A stretch of 63,771 nt of DNA, filler included, from Reclinomonas americana ATCC 50394 (taxonomy: Eukaryota): NCBI GenBank assembly GCA_048213135.1. It is 8 parts of 3 records of this genome, joined end to end, with 100 filler letters (N's around TTAATTAATTAA, not from the genome) between each part and the next. Parts side by side here need not be neighbours in the genome. Positions count along the whole stretch, not along the records: positions 38,579 to 43,807 come from PS015121.1; positions 43,908 to 48,396 come from PS015121.1; positions 48,497 to 56,077 come from PS015121.1; 5 more parts are not named here. The stretch is one strand, 5' to 3'. Below are positions 38,596-51,640 of this stretch, one piece after another. Each line of letters begins with the position of its first letter. The stretch's first letter is position 1. The translations under genes were made by a program, and so were the position numbers. The notes beneath the pieces were generated by a model, which saw only the letters and a program-made list of their open reading frames with translations, was not told the DNA's origin and did not search any database.

Positions 38596-39958
38596 ATGCC
38601 AGAACTGGTCTGACATTGTGGTGCTCCCTCCCCCCGGCAATCTCTCTCTGTCTCATGCTCACCACTCTCGTTTACCACGACAGTCGGGCCTCCACATTGC
38701 ACACACAGTGATCTTTGCGTGCATGTGTGCCGTGGCCACTGCGAGCTTCGTGTATCACCTCTTTGTCATTCCCGGTCGCGGGTGAGTGCTGCGCACGTAC
38801 TCCTACACACACACGTACTCATGTTGACGCACACACACACCACCAGTGCCAAGAGAAAGCAACACGTCATGTTCTGGCTGCTGCAGTCCATTCGTCTGGC
38901 CTGTCTCTCCATGGGCGCCTTCCAGACGGCTTTTGTGGTCATCGCACTGCGTCTCACTGTGGACGACTTGCCAATGGCACTCGGCCTCTACTTTGGGTTC
39001 TATTTCTTCATCAAGTGCGTTACGCAGTCCGCGAGCTCCGTCTCTCTCTCTCTCTCTCTGTCTCTCCTCCAGCGTGCCCACGTGTGCGCCCTGCAGTCTG
39101 CTGCTCACGCTCATGGTGGTGTACTGGATGAGCGTGGTGACCAGTCTGATCAAGGCCATGCATCCGAGTGTGGAGCCCTCGACGGCCGCACGACGGCGAT
39201 GGACAGCTGCGCGATGGATGTTGACTGTGGTCGCGTGTGTGCAAGTGACGCTGGCCGTGGTCAGCTGCATTCTGTGCGGCGTGTACGCGTTCACCGCACA
39301 GTGCCGCAAGTGGCGTATATTTGATCGCACGTTCTGTGGAAACGTGGCCGATGTGTACACGTATGTGTTCTTGGCGTCAACGTGTCTGGTGATGGTGCTG
39401 TTGGCGGCGGCGCCCGTGTACGTGTGGCGACTGAAACACAGCAACAGCATGACGACGGCCAACAAGTCGTTTGATCGTGCTTTTGTCAAGGTACGTGCTG
39501 CGCTGTGCATGCTGACCAGCCGCGCCACGATTGACTGACGACAGATGTGCATATGCAGACGACCATTGTGTGTGGCAGCGCCGTGGTGTACTCGGCGTTG
39601 GTGATTGCCAACCTGCTGGACTCGCTGATCTCACCGACGGCGCTGGACGGAGGCACGGGCACTGTTCTCGGCCTGTTTGAAGTTGAGCGTGTTCCTCTGT
39701 TGCTCATCGCCAGTCAAACTCACTCGCTTGTTCCCGCAGGCGTTGGCCGGTCTGATGCTCACCATCCAGGTGGTCATCATGCTCCACCGATCCATGGCCG
39801 ACGCCAATCGCGAGCGTGAGATGAGTCCGCGGGCTCGCAGCCGAGCGGCGTCCACTGCACGCTCGACTGCGGCAATTGCAAAGGTGCCCACTGCGCCACC
39901 GTCGGAGCTCAGTTCATTACCAACTTCCAACAAGGCGACCAACGTCGCACAAGTGTAG
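38596..39958 (+). CDS. Multi-pass (about 7 TM) membrane protein, paralogue B
   Basis: LFVIPG...QHVMFWLLQSIRL and ANKSFDRAFVK|. Same exon/intron layout as paralogue A. Confidence 0.7.
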
Positions 39959-39993
39959 GTTTTAAGCAGGTTTTTATTGTTGCTTGCGGCAGT

Positions 39994-41600
39994 TCAGTTG
40001 CGGCCATCGTTGAGTTGTTGGCGTAGTCGAGCGTTGTCAGCCATCCAGTAGTCGTTGTTGACTCGAAGATGTAAGACCTGCACAGGAAACGTACACATGT
40101 GAGCTGCATCGCACCGCTCCCCTCATTAGCACCAGCAATCGGCGCACCTCGGCGCGCAGCTCGGCGACCTCGCCCTGCAGGCGCGCCACCGTCGCCTCCA
40201 GCTCACGGTTGCGTTGCATCAGTTCCTCGTCTGCCCTTCGATCTGCACGCACAGCTGAGTGACGCACGGGAAGCATTTGCACGAGCACAAACACACACAC
40301 ACACACACCTCCTACAGCGTCGGCAGCTGCTTCAGCAGCTTCTACTGGCTCTACAGGACCCATCTCGGCCTCCAGTTCCACAATGGCAGCATCTGTCAGC
40401 GGTTCCCACAACACGAGAGAGCCGTCGCCATCGGCCGTGACGAGGCATCCGTTGCTGGCGCGCCTGCAGGCTGCCACAAAGTTGCCGTGGTTGGGCATCA
40501 CAGCCAGCTGCGCCCCATTCGCACTCCACAACATGGCCGACTTGTCTGATGGCGTGTGTCAGAAGGATTCCTGTTGCACTACAGACGAGGAAGGTGGCAG
40601 ACTCACCATACGACGAGGAGCAGAAGTGGGCATCGTCGAGAAACGTCACATCACAGACACCACCGACGTGCGCCTCGAATGTGCGCACCAGCGTCATGTC
40701 CAGGCCCACGTGATCTTCAGCACCAACCACAGCGACGGTCCACAGCATCAGCAGGCCCGCCTTGCCCCCAACAATCACCGACGTGCCAGATGGCGAGGCG
40801 GCTACTGACCACGCAGCTTGTGGCAGCTCGCGAGGAGGGTCAATCGCAGCCAGCGTCTCGGAGCTCCACACCATCATGCTGCTGTCGGTGGAGACACTGA
40901 CAAAGAAGCGCTCGCACAAGCCAGCCGCTCGTCGCTCCTCGTCCGGATCCACAAATGCAACTCCCGTACACCACTGCGGATGGTCGCTGTGCACCAGCGC
41001 AGCCAGTTGAGTGCCATCGGATCCGCGCCACACTAATAGACCGTTCGCGTCATCGCCAGAGACCACCAGCGCCTCCGCCGGCGATGTCTCCATATTCCGC
41101 GACACGGCCAGCGCAAAGGTCAGCTCCGAGTGTCCCTCGCCTCTCCACACCTGCTGCCGCGTGGCCACGTCCCACATGCGCACAGAGGGATCGGTGCCGT
41201 AGCCGGTGCTGAACAGGTAGCGCCCCGCGAGCTGAGAGAAGCAAACGCGCAACGCCGCACTCTCGTGACCGCGCAGCTCGACTACCTCCTCGGCGACACC
41301 GCCATCTGGAGGCGCCGGAACCGCGCGTGGCAGACGCACCAAACGCAGCACCGAGTCCTCCGGAGCAGTGGCCACCCACTCGCCATCGGGTGATATGGTC
41401 ATTCGCCACACTGCACATGGAACGCGATGTAGGACGCCCAGTCGCTGACAGCGCTTGGTGGCGTTGGAGACGGAGGGCTCCATGACACTCTCCACCAGGC
41501 CGGAGTGCACGTGGTGTTCGCTGCAGCTGCTGCGCGTTGTCGTCCTGTGGACGACAGCTCGTTTCGCGATTTCAACCACAGGCAGCCAGTGGTTGGTATC
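39994..41600 (-). CDS. WD40-repeat protein with C-terminal coiled coil; start uncertain
   Basis: LRGHESAAL, SVRMWD, EGHSEL, FEAHVGGV, DGSLVLWE. Final exons give ELEATVARLQGEVAELRAE|VLHLR. Confidence 0.8.
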
Positions 41601-42174
41601 GGAGACCTCCGCTCGCCATAGACATGACAGGTGCTCGAGAACGCCGACGGAGACTTGTCTTCGACGTCATTCGACCAACCGATCCCCCTCTTCGCTTGGT
41701 CTGACGGTTGAGGTTCCAGCAATGCGTATGCGTGTTGTTGGACTGTCTTGTGGCTTCATCCGAGCTTCGTACGCCATGCTGCGGGTTGCACTGCATCGCA
41801 ATCGACGTCGTCATCGAAAAATTGGCTGCATGTCCGGGTTCGGAAATCAACTTGCCCGCTGCTTTCTTCACGCCCCACGTGCACATCCCTTGACATCACC
41901 ACCATTAACTCCTCCCCCCCTTCCCCTCCCCCTCGCGACAATTGCAAAATATTCACCAGTTCAAATATCCGTCACCCACTTCAATTTGCACTTTGTATTG
42001 CAGCGCAAGACCTATCCATCGCGGCAGTCTTCGCCACCCGACTCGCACACGCCATAAAGCCGCCACGATGCCCCTTGCAACCAACCACACCCCACATTCC
42101 ACCTCACTTGTGAGAGCTGACAACCTCCTTCCACACAACAACAACAACAACAACAACAACAAACAACAATCATC

Positions 42175-43807
42175 ATGATGTTCTCTCCTCGTGTGCTTGC
42201 CGTGCTGGCACTCTTGGTCATCGTGGCCGTCATGTGAGTCTCTTCTTCTCTCTCTTCCCCTCCCTCCCTCTCCCTCCACACCACAGCCCCACTCACCTCT
42301 GCTGGTTACACAGCGCACAAGCCGCCTCTCCTCCACCGCCACAGAACGGTGGTGGCCAGCAACAACAGCAGCCTCCCCAGAACAATGGTGGCCAGAACAA
42401 TGGTGGCCAGAACAATGGTGGCCAGAACAATGGTGGCCAGAACAATGGTGGCCAGAACAATGGTGGTGGCCAGCAGCAGCCTCCTCAGAACGGCGGTGGT
42501 CAGCAGCAACCTCCTCAGAATGGCTCTGGCCAGCAGCAGCCACCTCCTCCGCAGCAGCCGGCGCAACCCGAGTGGCGCTCGATTGACGGCGCCAACAACA
42601 ACCTGCAGCAGCGATGCGTTCCGGACGCGACGGCACCCAACAAAAAGAAGTGCCCGCTCGGCTCGGCCGGCCAGTCGTACATTCGCTACGCCAACCTCGC
42701 CAACTACGGCGCCGACGACAGCCTGCGCTCGGGACCCAATGCCCGCGACATCTCCAACCTGGTGCTGCAGCAGGGCGTCGACGCCGATGGCGAGCCGAAT
42801 GAGTTCGAGGCCGCCAACAACGTGTCGGGCATGGTGTGGCAGTGGGGCCAGTTCCTGGACCACGACATTACGCAGACGGCCAGCGCCAGCCCCACGCAGG
42901 ACTCGTCGATTGCCGTGCTGGATCCGGCGGACCCGCTGTTTGGCGGCGCCATTCCGCAGTCGCGCGACGACTACCAGACGATCAACGGTCGTCGTGAGCA
43001 GACCAACCACATCACTGCGTGGATCGACGCCTCGCAAGTGTACGGCTCCGACGCGACCACGGCCAACTCGCTGCGCACCTTTATCGACGGCAAGATGAAG
43101 ACCTCGGACGGCAACTTGCTGCCGACGAACGGCGCCTCGCCGGCGATCTCGTCGTACTTTGTGGCGGGCGATGTGCGCGTCAACGAGCAGTCCGGCCTCA
43201 CCGCCATGCACACGGTGTTTGTGCGCGAACACAACCAACTGTGTGACATTATCTTGGCCAACGACACGCAGCTGGCGGCCATGACGGACTTGGCGAAGAA
43301 GGACGAGATTGTGTACCAGCGCGCTCGTCGCATTGTGGGTGCCGAGATGCAGCGCATCACCTACAAGGAGTTCCTGCCGGTGCTGCTGGGCGACTGCACG
43401 CCGTTCGACAGGATCAAGGCATACAACTCCAACGCCGACGCCACCATCAGCAACGAGTTTGCGGCTGCGGCGTACCGCGTCGGCCACACGATGCTGAGCG
43501 ATGCGCTGCCGCTGATGGACGAGGCGGACCCGGAGCCGCGTGAGCCGTCGCTTGCCGACTTCTTCTTTGACGCCACCGAGATCCTGACGCACGGCGTGGA
43601 TCCGGTGCTGCGCGGCCTGGCCAACTACCCGAGCGAGGAGGTCGACATTCACATTGCCGACAGCGTGCGCAACATGCTGTTTGAGCACGTGCCGGGCATG
43701 GCGCGTGGCCTCGACCTCGCCGCCCTCAACATTCAGCGCGGCCGCGACCACGGCCTCACCACCTACAACCAGACTCGTCGTCGCCTCGGCCTGCCTGCGC
43801 GTGCACT
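42175..43807 (+). CDS. Secreted heme peroxidase, copy 2 (3' truncated by scaffold end)
   Basis: Near-identical to copy 1. Intron 42234-42313. Same catalytic motifs. Confidence 0.95.
42329..42570 (+). repeat. Coding tandem repeat (CAGAACAATGGTGGC)n = QNNGG, interspersed with QQPPQ
   Basis: 15-bp units directly visible. A variant array lies at ~27830-28050 on the minus strand. Confidence 0.9.
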
Positions 43808-43907
43808 NNNNNNNNNNNNNNNNNNNNNNNNNNNNNNNNNNNNNNNNNNNNTTAATTAATTAANNNNNNNNNNNNNNNNNNNNNNNNNNNNNNNNNNNNN
43901 NNNNNNN

Positions 43908-45491
43908 CGACTCTGGTGGCAGTGGCAGTGGCAGCGGTATGGGTCTCAGCGGTGGCAGCAGCCAGAGCTCGGGCATCTTGTCACCGCTCTCGGCGCACGA
44001 CGACATTCTTCCTCCTCCATCACGGCAGCAGCAGCAACAACAGCAGCAACAACAGCAGTCGTCACGAACAGCGGTGCCATCGCGTGCACGGCCAATGCTC
44101 AAGCCGTTCGACGCGGACGCCTACACGGACGACGAGCCGGAGCTGTCGCCACTGGATGCCATTACAGGGTCGGATGGCCTGCTGTCGGTGGGTGGCACAA
44201 TGTCGCCGACCAGTGGTCAGCGATTCCGCAGATCACCGCTCACGTCGCTGGTATCACCCGTTGCGTAATGCGAAGGAGTGGATAGGTGCTCGTGTGCGCA
44301 TCGCTCACTCACCCCCGCTGCGTGTTTGTTTGTGTGTATGCAGAAAAAGGGCAAGAAGCGTGGCAAGGGCTCTCTCACGTACAACATCATGTCGCCGCCG
44401 GGTCACGCCGAGTCGCCATCCGACGACGAGCCACCTCGTGTCCCCGAGTTCTGTCGCTACGGTTGTGGTCCACTGATCCAGGCACAACTCGAGGAGCTGG
44501 AGGGGCATGCGCGGCGAGTGTTCACTGTGGCGGATGTGGCGGTGGCCAGAGTTGCGTCCAATGTTAAAGCAAGTCGGTGAACAATCTGTGCACGGCTCAT
44601 CACCAGCGTGCGCAGTTGAACGAGCACGAGTACGGCGAGTCGCTGGTCATCTTCCTGAAGGTGCTGCGCATGCACAATGTGCTTCTCGGTCGCATTCGCA
44701 GTGTGGAGCAAATGCTGCAGACGTCGGGGGAGCGTGGCATGGCGGTTCGCTCACCTCGGCTGGATGCCATTCGCGAGTGGACGATGGAGCACTTTGGCGG
44801 CTGCTTGCAGTGCGCCGACAACATCCAGAAGGCCCTGGTGCAGACAACTGCGCAGCGCGACAGTGCTGCGCTCTCGTCGTCGGGTGGTGGTGCCTCGTCG
44901 ACATCGACGACAGCCACGACAACTGCAGCAGCAGCAGCAGCAGGAGGAGCGCCTCGTTCGACGCAACCATCTACGCCTGGCGACAGTGGCTCGTCGAGCG
45001 GGGGCGAAACGTCTGCGTCGTCGGGTCCGTCGCCGGCGCCCTCCACGGTGCTCGTCGACGTGCGCGCCGAGGACCTGCTGTATGCAGAGGCATTGGAACT
45101 GGTATGTGTCATTGCGTCACGGCACTGTTCCTGTTCCTGTTTGTGTGTTCTGACGTGACGCGCTCGTGTAGGCGAGGACGGCTGCTGTGCAAGAGTGGCT
45201 GCAAAACGGCGACACCGCACATCACTTGTACTCGAAAGCCAAGCTGCTGTTGGAGGTGCTGCGCGAGTCGGAGTTGACCGACGCCGACAAGACCATCATC
45301 AACACATGTTGCGTGTAGAGAAGAATGAGGGGAAGGGAGGGGGGGTGCAGTGGAAGGCGGGAAAAATCTCCTTCATTCTTGCGCATCTTGCGACGATCTG
45401 CTTTTACTCACGGTGTTGTATCGCAGGTGTCGATGGCGTGGATCGACGACTGGCGACCCTTGTGCACTATGGCGTACAGCCTCCAGCATGA
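43908..45491 (+). CDS. ATG1: ATG1/ULK C-terminal region (tandem MIT-like domain), 5' partial
   Basis: ESLVIFLKVL, IREWTMEHFGGCL, AEDLLYAEALEL|ARTAAVQE, YSKAKLLLEVL, DKTIINT|CVDGVDRRL. Confidence 0.75.
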
Positions 45492-47091
45492 TAATGGTGG
45501 TGCATGTGTGGTGTCTATTGCACGGAGAGAACGAGTGTGTGTGGTGTGTGTCTTGTATATTCTTTTGTTGCCACTGCGGGTGCGTCGTCCTTGCATGTTC
45601 CTCTCCTTATTTTACAATCTGCGCGGACTCTCTCTCTCTCTTGTGTATATATGTGTGTGTGGCTCGCTCGCCGCAGAAAAGTGCCGTTTGTGACAGTCGG
45701 TGCAGCGGCACTGTGCCTCTCTCTCGACTCGGCGTGGCGATTTTTTGCCCAGTGTGTTTGGTGTGCATGTGTGTGTTCCTCCTCCGTTGTTTGTGCTTTT
45801 GTTGTTGTTGTTGTTATCGCTGTTGTTGTTTCTACACCTCTAGATTGTTGTGCACCCACCCATACCTCTCACTCCCCACTCCCCTTCTCCACGCACCGCC
45901 CACCACCACCACCACCACCACCACCACCACCACCACCACTACCCGCCAAGAAAGAAAGAAAAGAAGCGTGCAAAAACGCTTGCCAATGTACGTTTATAAG
46001 TCAAAAAATTGTGTGAAGTAGTGGATTTAGATTATAAGCCACAGAGCTGTCTTTTTCTACACCGTGGACATGAAAAGCTCCAGCGGAAGTGATCGCGGAA
46101 GTCAACAATCTGTCCGCCGGAAATCGACATGTCCTGTCGCCGTCTTTGAAAAAACGGGAGATAAGAGAATCGTTGCGCCCGACAACAACAACAGACAGAC
46201 GCAGCAAGCAAGCAATCACTGCATCGTCACGCAATGGAGCACCCCGAAACCGAAAAAGGAGACGAGCAGCAGAGGGGAAGAGCGCAGCCGACATGTGCGT
46301 CATCGCCGTCATCTCTGGCGACAGCAGAGGCGGCGAGAGTCGCGTTGCGTCGAATGCGCGGCGAGTTTCCACGGGTGAGTGCACATGCAACTCACGTGAG
46401 AGCAGTGAGAGAGGCAGTGGAGAGAGGCAGATAGAGAATCCACGTCAGCCCCACTGATTGCCACCAAGGTGCAGAGATCCTGTCAGCGCAAGATCTTCTC
46501 TTGTGTGTGTTTCGTGGTTGCCCTTTGTGTGTCCACGCGCACTTGCATGTCGTTAGCATTGTGTATGTGTCTGTGTCGCTCTTGCGTTTCATCTTGTCTG
46601 GTGTGTGTGTGTGTGTGTCTCATTGTCTTGCTTGTCTGGCTGTTCGGAAAACACTGCTCGCTGTGATCTTTCGTCCCCCGTGGTGCACTTTGAAGTTTTC
46701 CTACATGTCTCCTCCCCCACGTAGAGCGAGGGTGGAGAGTGCATTGTTGCTGCCGAAAGGCCTCATTTGGTTCCGTGACTCTGAGAATCTCCCACTTTTC
46801 TTTCGTCACCGTGTGCACAACGCCTCTGTTCAGCACGTGTGGTCTCTGATCCGTCTTGTGAACGACCAGTTCTTCGTTTGGCAGTGTCTGCTGCCCGATC
46901 GCCTCTCTGGCACATTTCACTGTTGTCCTTCTCGTCCGTGCCGTGTCGCGTTCTTGCCGTATATACTCTGCTGTGGTGGCGGCAGTTCTCCTTCTCTCAA
47001 GTCGGTCTATTTATCTTCCACAGCCTGTCCGTTGTTCCAGCTATGTCGCCTCCGTTTGTCGTTCTCATCCTCTTTCCTCTCCCCCCCGCAG

Positions 47092-48396
47092 GGCGACTAC
47101 TACGTCTCCGGTCTGCAGAAGCTCGGCAGTGGCTCCTTCGCCAAGGTGTACCGCGGACGGCATCGCTTCGATGGCCACCCGGTCGCTGTCAAGGTCGTCA
47201 ATCTTGATCGGTTTGATGATCCGATTCTCTACAACGGCCTCTACACGGAGCTGCACTACTGCTCCGCGTTGCGCCATCCACACCTGATTGCCATTGAGGA
47301 TGTTGCGTTCTCTATCGCTCTCTCCCCTCCCTCGTCTTTGGGTTGGATTCGTGCCCTCACGCGTGCCTCTCTCTCTCTCTCTGTGTGCAGAGTTTTGACG
47401 TGCACAGCAAGCGTGAATTGTGGATGGTGATGGAGTACTGTGCGGGCGGCGATCTGCAGGCGCTGCTGAGACGACGCGGACGACTGCCGGAGGTGGAAAC
47501 GCGTCGCCTCATGCGGCAGCTGGCTTCGGGCCTCGCCTACTTGCACCAGCATCGGTTGGTGCATCGCGATCTGAAACCCGCCAACCTGCTGCTGTTGGAC
47601 GAGGAGGGAACGCACCTGAAGATTGCCGATCTCGGCCTCTCCAAGTGCATCAACGAGGACATGGTGATGAAACACAGCCAAGTGGGCACTGCCTTGTACA
47701 TGGTGCGTTTGGCGGTGCTGCGCAGCAGCGCTGCATTGTAGTTGTCGCGTGTATTCTGATTGCCAGTTTGTCTTGCAGGCGCCTGAAATATGTTTGGATC
47801 ACGGACACTACGCTTCGAACGTGGATCTGTGGAGTGTCGGCGTGATTCTGTACGAGATGATGACTGGCAGATTACCGTTCACCGCCAAGTCCCAGATGGC
47901 GCTCCTGGCGGTGATTCGAAGCTGTCCGGTGATTCCTCGACCTGCCGATGTGGAGATGAGCGACCAGTGCTACGACTTGCTTGTGCGACTGCTGCAGCAG
48001 GACCCTGCACGACGACTCACAGTCGACGAGTTCTTGTCGCACCCATTCATTGACCTGCAACACGACACTTGCGCTGCTTCTACGGCCACCGACGATGTGG
48101 ATGCCACCGCTGATTCTGGTGGCGTCGGCGCCAGCTGCCCCGATGCCGAGTCCCCCTCACCATCACCCGCGCCAGCAGAGGCCGACACGGTCGACATTGC
48201 CATGCAGGACGCGCTGGCATCACTGACGCGACAGTACGCCAGTGGTCACGATCGATTACAATCATTTCCTGTTTCTGCCGACGGCGGCCATGTCGACATT
48301 GCGAACATCACCTCCGCCACCTCCCCTCATCACCACCACCCCCGAGCACAAGAGGACGGAGGGGGAGGCGGCGGTAGCAGCAGCGGTGTCGCCGTT
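47092..48396 (+). CDS. ATG1/ULK-like serine/threonine kinase domain, partial
   Basis: LGSGSFAKVY, VAVK, MEYCAGGDL, HRDLKPANLLL, KIADLG, GTALYM|APE, DLWSVGVILYEM, LLQQDPARRL..EFLSHPF. Confidence 0.85.
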
Positions 48397-48496
48397 NNNN
48401 NNNNNNNNNNNNNNNNNNNNNNNNNNNNNNNNNNNNNNNNTTAATTAATTAANNNNNNNNNNNNNNNNNNNNNNNNNNNNNNNNNNNNNNNNNNNN

Positions 48497-49392
48497 GACG
48501 CAACGACGCTGCAGGAAGAGGCGATTGTCGTCGGTGATGGAGACGGCACTCAGCAGGTGCTCGGCCAGCAGCCGCGAGCGGAGATAAGACTCGCGCGCCA
48601 CGTCCGTATCTTGAAGCAATTCGGCCACCGCACCCTCGCGCGACAGCGACATCACCGCCGCGTGGATCAGCTGCGGTGCCGACGGCAACTCCGGGGAGGA
48701 ACCGCGGCGCTTGGAGCAGCGGAACGTGCAGTGTGGCCGCAAGTGTTCCGCGGCACGCAAACACGCCGCAAAGTGCTGCCGACACCATGTCTGTAAATAT
48801 TGACCGGACAGGCCGACCGGGTAGTCATCACGCTGCTGCTCAACCGGCAAAAGAGAGCTGTACATGCGCAAGCAGTAGAGCAACAGCGACAGCGAGGCTC
48901 GCAGAGCGCGCTCCGAACGCGCACAGCGCGCCGTGAACAGCGACAAGTCCGCCAACAACCACGCACAGCGCGCCTGCCACACGGCATGCTGCAGTGCCGG
49001 TTGGCTCTGCTCCGCCGCCGGCAGTCGGCACACGTCGAGCACCGAGTGAGACGGAGGCAGATCTGTGTGCGTGTGTGCGAGTGAGGGAGAGGAAACGGGG
49101 GGGGGGGGGGTGGTGGAGATGGCGGCCTTAATACGACATACCATGCAGGGCAACCGGCGATCGCCCCCGCCCAGCAGCATGTGCCAGCATGTTGGCATTG
49201 GCAAGTAGTGGTGGGATGTGCACGGCGTACCGCGGCAACAGACGCGCAGAACCAGCACCGGCAGCTGCTGCCGCGAGGGCGGCGTGGGCAATGGTCCGGG
49301 AGTCCTCCATTTGCTCATCGTCCGCCTCCGCTCCCTCCACATCCCCCGCCGTCAGAGTCCCTATCCTCGTCTTGATCACCGACGACGACGAC
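48497..49392 (-). CDS. Second ATG1/ULK-type C-terminal MIT-like domain, partial
   Basis: SLSLLLYCLRM, LQTWCRQHFAACL, LPSAPQLIHAAVMSLSREGAVAELL, YLRSRLLAEHLL. Parallels the 43908-45491 domain. Confidence 0.65.
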
Positions 49393-51403
49393 NNNNNNNN
49401 NNNNNNNNNNNNNNNNNNNNNNNNNNNNNNNNNNNNNNNNNNNNNNNNNNNNNNNNNNNNNNNNNNNNNNNNNNNNNNNNNNNNNNNNNNNNNNNNNNNN
49501 NNNNNNNNNNNNNNNNNNNNNNNNNNNNNNNNNNNNNNNNNNNNNNNNNNNNNNNNNNNNNNNNNNNNNNNNNNNNNNNNNNNNNNNNNNNNNNNNNNNN
49601 NNNNNNNNNNNNNNNNNNNNNNNNNNNNNNNNNNNNNNNNNNNNNNNNNNNNNNNNNNNNNNNNNNNNNNNNNNNNNNNNNNNNNNNNNNNNNNNNNNNN
49701 NNNNNNNNNNNNNNNNNNNNNNNNNNNNNNNNNNNNNNNNNNNNNNNNNNNNNNNNNNNNNNNNNNNNNNNNNNNNNNNNNNNNNNNNNNNNNNNNNNNN
49801 NNNNNNNNNNNNNAATTCTGTTTTCCGTCCTTGTTTTCTTCATTTGGCAAACGAGTGTGTGTGTGCGTTTGTGCGTGTGTGTGTGTGTGTGGGTAGACAT
49901 TGCCGGTCTCACACGCGGCCTCTCCCGACTGGGCTTTGTTGAGGAGAGCCGCCTGGCTCACGGTGCGGCCTCCAAGGTCACGGGTGCCGCGGCCGCCGGC
50001 AGCGCCGACGTGATGGCGAGTGACGCGTCACCATGTCGCGATCGTACGCGTGATGCATTGCTGTCTGTAATACCCACCGATGTTGTCTCGATACCTGTGT
50101 GATATGAACATTGCCGCTTAAAACGCTGTTGTAATATTTCATGCAGAGAAGAGGAGGGGAGACTGTGTGTGTGTGTGGTGCTTGTTGCCACGAGTGGCAG
50201 CCAATTTCCGAGATTCTTTGAAACTCACATTTTTTCGAACGCGTTCATCCTGCGTAGCGGTGCAGCTACTCATGTGCACGAAGATAGTGTCACTGTGACG
50301 GGTCTACTGCGAACACACTGTCCATGTACCTCTGCATCGCGTACCGTGAGAGCGGACGCATGCATCGTCGCTTTCCTATTCTGGCGCTCACGCAGTCTTA
50401 CCTCGTCAACCGGCCCAATACAACCGTCGTGTCGTTCAAATCCACCATGAATCTGCAACCCGTGCACGGGGGAGGAGGAGAAAGGACGAGCAACGCACTA
50501 CACCACTCGCGCAGTGGGTGTGAAGATCAGCGATTGCGATATACACTGTGTCCGCCGCAAATCTATAGATATCTGGTCCGCACTGAACGCCATCACGCAC
50601 CAAGACAAAGAGCATGCTCTATCAGGCACACGTAGGCATGCGCACATGAGCATCGGAGTGCGAGTGAGAGAGAAAGTGCAAGAGGGGAAATGCGAAAAAG
50701 GTAAATTGTCTAACACGGGGGCTCGCGACTGCAGACGTGAACTCCGTTTGTTGTCGCGCGCGCACGCACTCGCATCTGTGTGTGTGTGTGTGTGTGTGTG
50801 ACATCGACGCACAAACGCACACACACGCGTGTGTNNNNNNNNNNNNNNNNNNNNNNNNNNNNNNNNNNNNNNNNNNNNNNNNNNNNNNNNNNNNNNNNNN
50901 NNNNNNNNNNNNNNNNNNNNNNNNNNNNNNNNNNNNNNNNNNNNNNNNNNNNNNNNNNNNNNNNNNNNNNNNNNNNNNNNNNNNNNNNNNNNNNNNNNNN
51001 NNNNNNNNNNNNNNNNNNNNNNNNNNNNNNNNNNNNNNNNNNNNNNNNNNNNNNNNNNNNNNNNNNNNNNNNNNNNNNNNNNNNNNNNNNNNNNNNNNNN
51101 NNNNNNNNNNNNNNNNNNNNNNNNNNNNNNNNNNNNNNNNNNNNNNNNNNNNNNNNNNNNNNNNNNNNNNNNNNNNNNNNNNNNNNNNNNNNNNNNNNNN
51201 NNNNNNNNNNNNNNNNNNNNNNNNNNNNNNNNNNNNNNNNNNNNNNNNNNNNNNNNNNNNNNNNNNNNNNNNNNNNNNNNNNNNNNNNNNNNNNNNNNNN
51301 NNNNNNNNNNNNNNNNNNNNNNNNNNNNNNNNNNNNNNNNNNNNNNNNNNNNNNNNNNNNNNNNNNNNNNNNNNNNNNNNNNNNNNNNNNNNNNNNNNNN
51401 NNN

Positions 51404-51640
51404 TGGTACTGAATGCGGTGGCCAGTCGCTCTTTCGTCTCACGCTCTGGATACTTGTCACGCAGGTATGTGGACTCCAGCTCATCCAGCTGGTGTCACAG
51501 TGAGTGACTCACTCTCTCGCGCGCACACACACACACACCGAGGGAGTCGCAACTTGCGCAGGGGAGAAACGTGTGTATTGCGCTCTGTACTGTCCATTGC
51601 TGTTGCGCCGACGAGGGAACGTGGAGTCGGGATCGCTCAT
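51404..51640 (-). CDS. Homeodomain N-arm and helices 1-2 (first exons of the homeobox gene, on an apparently inverted contig)
   Basis: MSDPDS...YTRFSPAQ|LDELESTYLRDKYPERETKERLATAFS. Intron 51489-51553. Confidence 0.8.

Noticed and set aside
42306-43751. Long antisense ORFs over the peroxidases and other GC-rich genes
   Set aside because: Expected shadow of strong C/G third-position bias, with no recognisable protein.
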